Source: Phaeosaccion multiseriatum (Eukaryota > Protista > Ochrophyta, other classes). From it: a stretch of 64,000 nt of DNA. Below the pieces are notes generated by a model. The model was not told the DNA's origin. It saw only the letters and a program-made list of their open reading frames with translations, and ran no database searches. The stretch is from contig OZ218950.1 in NCBI GenBank assembly GCA_965112735.1, forward strand, positions 2,604,001 through 2,668,000, given 5' to 3'. The position numbers and the translations under genes were made by a program. Each line of letters begins with the position of its first letter. Positions within the stretch are counted from its first letter, which is position 1. This document shows positions 60,864 to 64,000 of this stretch, in pieces.

Positions 60864-62402
60864 ATGGTGGAGGGAAGGAGGAGGAGGCGCCCTCTTACGG
60901 GCTGTACGGCCTTGGTGCTGCTGTGTAAAGGTTGCGGCGCCACCGCGTTTGTAGGCACTCCTGGGGGCGCGGTTAAAGGCGGCACTCTCTCACGGGCTGG
61001 CAAGGCTCAAGTGTGGAGGGAGGGAAGGGAGAGGGCGGTCAGGGAGGACAGGGGTCGACCTCCTGGGAGGTGCTCAAGAGGCTCGGGTCTTGGGGTGAGG
61101 ACAGTGCGGGTTTCAGCAGAGCAAGGGGTGGGGAGAGGAGGAGGAGGAGGAGCGTGGAGAGAGGCAGAAGTGGAAGCAACAGAAAACAAAGCAGGACAAG
61201 AAGCACTAGAGGGGCAATCGGGCAGAGGTAAACCTCTTTCGAAGCGGAGGAGGCTTCGACAGAGAGGGGGGGGCTTGGGGCGGGCGGTGGGAGCGGTCAA
61301 TCGAGGCGTGGACATGTTTTTGTCAGCTGGTGACTTCTTCGGCCAAACGAGCGGGGGGAGAGAGAGGAGAGTGCACCAGCAGGAGCAGGGGGAGATCAAC
61401 CAGAAAGAGCTGAAGAACGAGGAGGCGGGTCACAACGGGGAACTCTGGGAGGACCGCAGCAGCAGTAGCAGCAGCAGTAGCAGTGGCAGGGAAGCAGAGG
61501 ATCTCCTCTCGCACAAGGAGCAGTCTAGAGAGGAGGAGGAGGAGGAGGAGGAGGAGGAGGAGGAGGAGGAGGAGGAGGAGGAGGAAGCGGAAGAGGCGCT
61601 GGACTTCAGTCTTAGTTTTGGGCAGGACAGGGTGAAGGAGAATAGGAAGGATGAGGAGCAACAGAAGGAGGAGGACATGGAGGCCCTGGAGGCGTTTGTG
61701 GCCCAGCTGGATGAGGGGGAGCCACTGGGGGAGGAAGAAATGGAAAAGATTCGGCGTATGCAGCAGGACCAAATGGTGGAGCTACAAAAGCAACTAGGGG
61801 AGCAATGGGGTGGGCAAGCCGGCGGGTGGGCGGCCAAGATGCTGGCAGCAGGGGCGGCCAAGAAAAACAAGGAGCCCAAGCGGCTTCCTGTCAAGGCCAC
61901 GGGAGACTGTGCCAGGTCAGTGAGCATTGTGTGTGTAAGTCCATCCGTAACGTCCGAAACGACCGTAATGGGGCAGCATGAGGGGCAGTATGACGGGTGA
62001 ATAGGCAAGGGCTCCCAGTAGTGGGGCAGGCGGGCGGGGGGCGGGGGCGTCGCTTGGAGAAGGCGTTTGTGTCCTTGACAATACGGAGGAGCTTGTCCGT
62101 GTGGAGGGCGTGGCGTAGTTGACGCTTTTTGCGTCTACTTATCTCCATCCAATGCGCCTTACCCATGAAACACCCGAATGCTTGCCTCTACTCTACACTT
62201 CCCTGTCGCTGCTGCTCTACCTCCCCTCCCCTCCACCTTCCTCAGCCTCGTTGACAGTGCTGCGACCTTGGATGCCTACATGTCGCTGCCAGTGTCTGAG
62301 GTACGTACGAGGGAGAAAGGCTGTAAATGGTGGTGACCCATTCTGAACCAAGTGGTGTGGTTGTTTCCGCCGGACGTTTGCTTGCTCTCTCTCTCTCTCT
62401 CC

Positions 62403-62437
<35 letters not shown>

Positions 62438-63704
62438 CGCCCCCGCCATTATCCTGACCAATTAGTTCCACCCCTCATTGGCAGATGTGTGGTCTCTGTC
62501 GCCAGATGTGTGTTCTCTGTCGCTCTCTTTTCACGTCCGACTGAAGGAAGTGCCCTCTCTCCGACTCAATGCCATTCAATGCCATCTTGATTCTCGTCCT
62601 TTCCCTCGGCCTCTTCCTTAACCCCGTCCTCTGATCTCCATGCATGCACACACACACACATACACACACACACACACACACCTACCCACACACCCACACA
62701 CACACACACACATACACTGGGCAGTACGCGGTCCTAGACAGCAACATGATCACTCGGTTGAGCGATAAGGAATTCCGCTTCAGTTTGCCCCTGAAGGAGT
62801 CGTTGGGCGTCAATCTGACCCCCACTTTGGAGGTGTGTGTGGAGCAGGACATCGACAACAACGTCATCCACATCAAGTCCACGCGCTCTACTCTGTACGG
62901 GTCTGACAGCTCCTCCTCCTCAGAGGTACGGTATCGTTGGTAAGAAGTAGATGGCTCTGGATGGATGGAAATGGATGGCATTTGGAGTCTCAGGCCAACG
63001 CCCTTTATGCTGAGAATCTCTCGTGCAATTCTTCTACCCGCCCCTTAAGAGAGAGTGTCTCGCACGCGCGCTCTATCCCTCTCTCTGTCTCTCGCACCGC
63101 CCCCCGTTCATCACCCCTTCTTTCTCTTCTCTCCCCCCTGGCCTCTTCCTTCCCTCTGTATAGGACGTGGGGACAGCGATTTCCACGAATCAATATGGAC
63201 AAAAGGAGGTGCGGGTGCCGCAGCAGCAGGAGGAGCACGAAGAAGGGGAAGGAGGAGATGCGCCACGCAGCGACGGGGGGCAAACGCCGCGTCGGCAGAA
63301 GCTTGAGTGGGTGGAGGTGGGCTTCAATGCTTCCCTGCGGTGGGGCGAGCAGGACAGCGTGATGAGCGCAGCTTACCCCCCCACACAGAGAGGTTGGAGG
63401 AAGAAGAGGAGGTCGGTTGTAAGTGACATGAGTGAGCGAAACGGAACGGTGGCGAATGATGGGACATATAGGTCGACGAGGGCAACGTCGGCAGTTACAC
63501 TGGGGGTTACAGAAGGAGAAGGGCAACGCTATCGGCACGAAACGGAGGGGCGCTTCGGCAGTTTCAAGAGCGAGAGCGAGGTTGAGAGCGACGGCGATGT
63601 CAGCGGTGACGTGAGCACGCTGCTGTGCTCCACACAGGTGGAGGTGGCGGTGACCATCCCGGCTCCGTACTGCAACGTGTTGCCACTGCGTCTTATGCGG
63701 CCGG
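60864..63704 (+). CDS. Plastid-targeted DUF1997-like protein (probably continues beyond the window)
   Basis: Signal-like ALVLLCKGCGATA-F start, an acidic low-complexity region, then LDAYMSLPVSE|YAVLDSNMITRLSDKEFRFSLP...LTPTLEVCVE. Approximate exons: 60864-61915, 62246-62300, 62725-62924, 63164-63704. Confidence 0.6.
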
Positions 63705-64000
63705 TGAGTGGGTAGAGAAGAGGGGAGAATGGCCAGAGCATGAATGAGTACCCAGAGTGAGAATGGGGCAGAGAGAGAGAGAGACGACAGAGTTGAGATT
63801 GGGCATCTTAGAGTGGGCAGAGTATAAGGGACAGAGTAAAGTGGGGAGAGGAAGAATGCGCATCGCCCGTCAGCCATCAAGCGAAGCTGGAAATGGATAG
63901 TGCAGGGCCTCAAACTCAAACTGCCCCCCTCCCCCCTTGCCGCTCCCTTGGCGCCCATTCAATCCGCCTCTCTCAGGCGATGGGAGCGGTCATGTCTTCT

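Noticed and set aside
1-64000. tRNA, rRNA or autonomous transposon genes
   Set aside because: No cloverleaf, rRNA signature, transposase, reverse transcriptase or long terminal repeats recognised by eye; small ncRNAs cannot be excluded without Infernal or tRNAscan.

Overview
Gene-dense, GC-rich eukaryotic nuclear DNA with GT-AG spliceosomal introns packed with microsatellites. Two genes carry a signal peptide plus a GF/AF motif, i.e. bipartite plastid targeting, so the source is most likely a photosynthetic stramenopile (ochrophyte; inference). I can build ten genes by hand: WDR3/UTP12 (3' end outside the window), an SF2 helicase-like gene with a C-terminal SAP domain and an in-frame TAG, condensin subunit CAP-D2, a very large USP9/24/34-like deubiquitinase, an SGF11-like zinc-finger protein, a putative thylakoid-lumen protein, a nucleotide-sugar transporter, a ~4,090-aa cNMP-cNMP-kinase-PP2C fusion, DRG1, and a plastid DUF1997-like protein (3' end probably outside the window). 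The strongest unexplained signals are three. (1) A dispersed motif CTGCTG-TATCACCAA-CTGCTG whose 12-nt core occurs exactly 12 times, on both strands, in introns and in three different coding frames. (2) The helicase-SAP gene, which looks foreign and is split between its two RecA halves by a TAG followed 30 nt later by a perfect Kozak ATG. (3) The kinase/phosphatase fusion. Exon coordinates were read by eye and may be off by a few bases. No database searches were run; family calls rest on recognised motifs.
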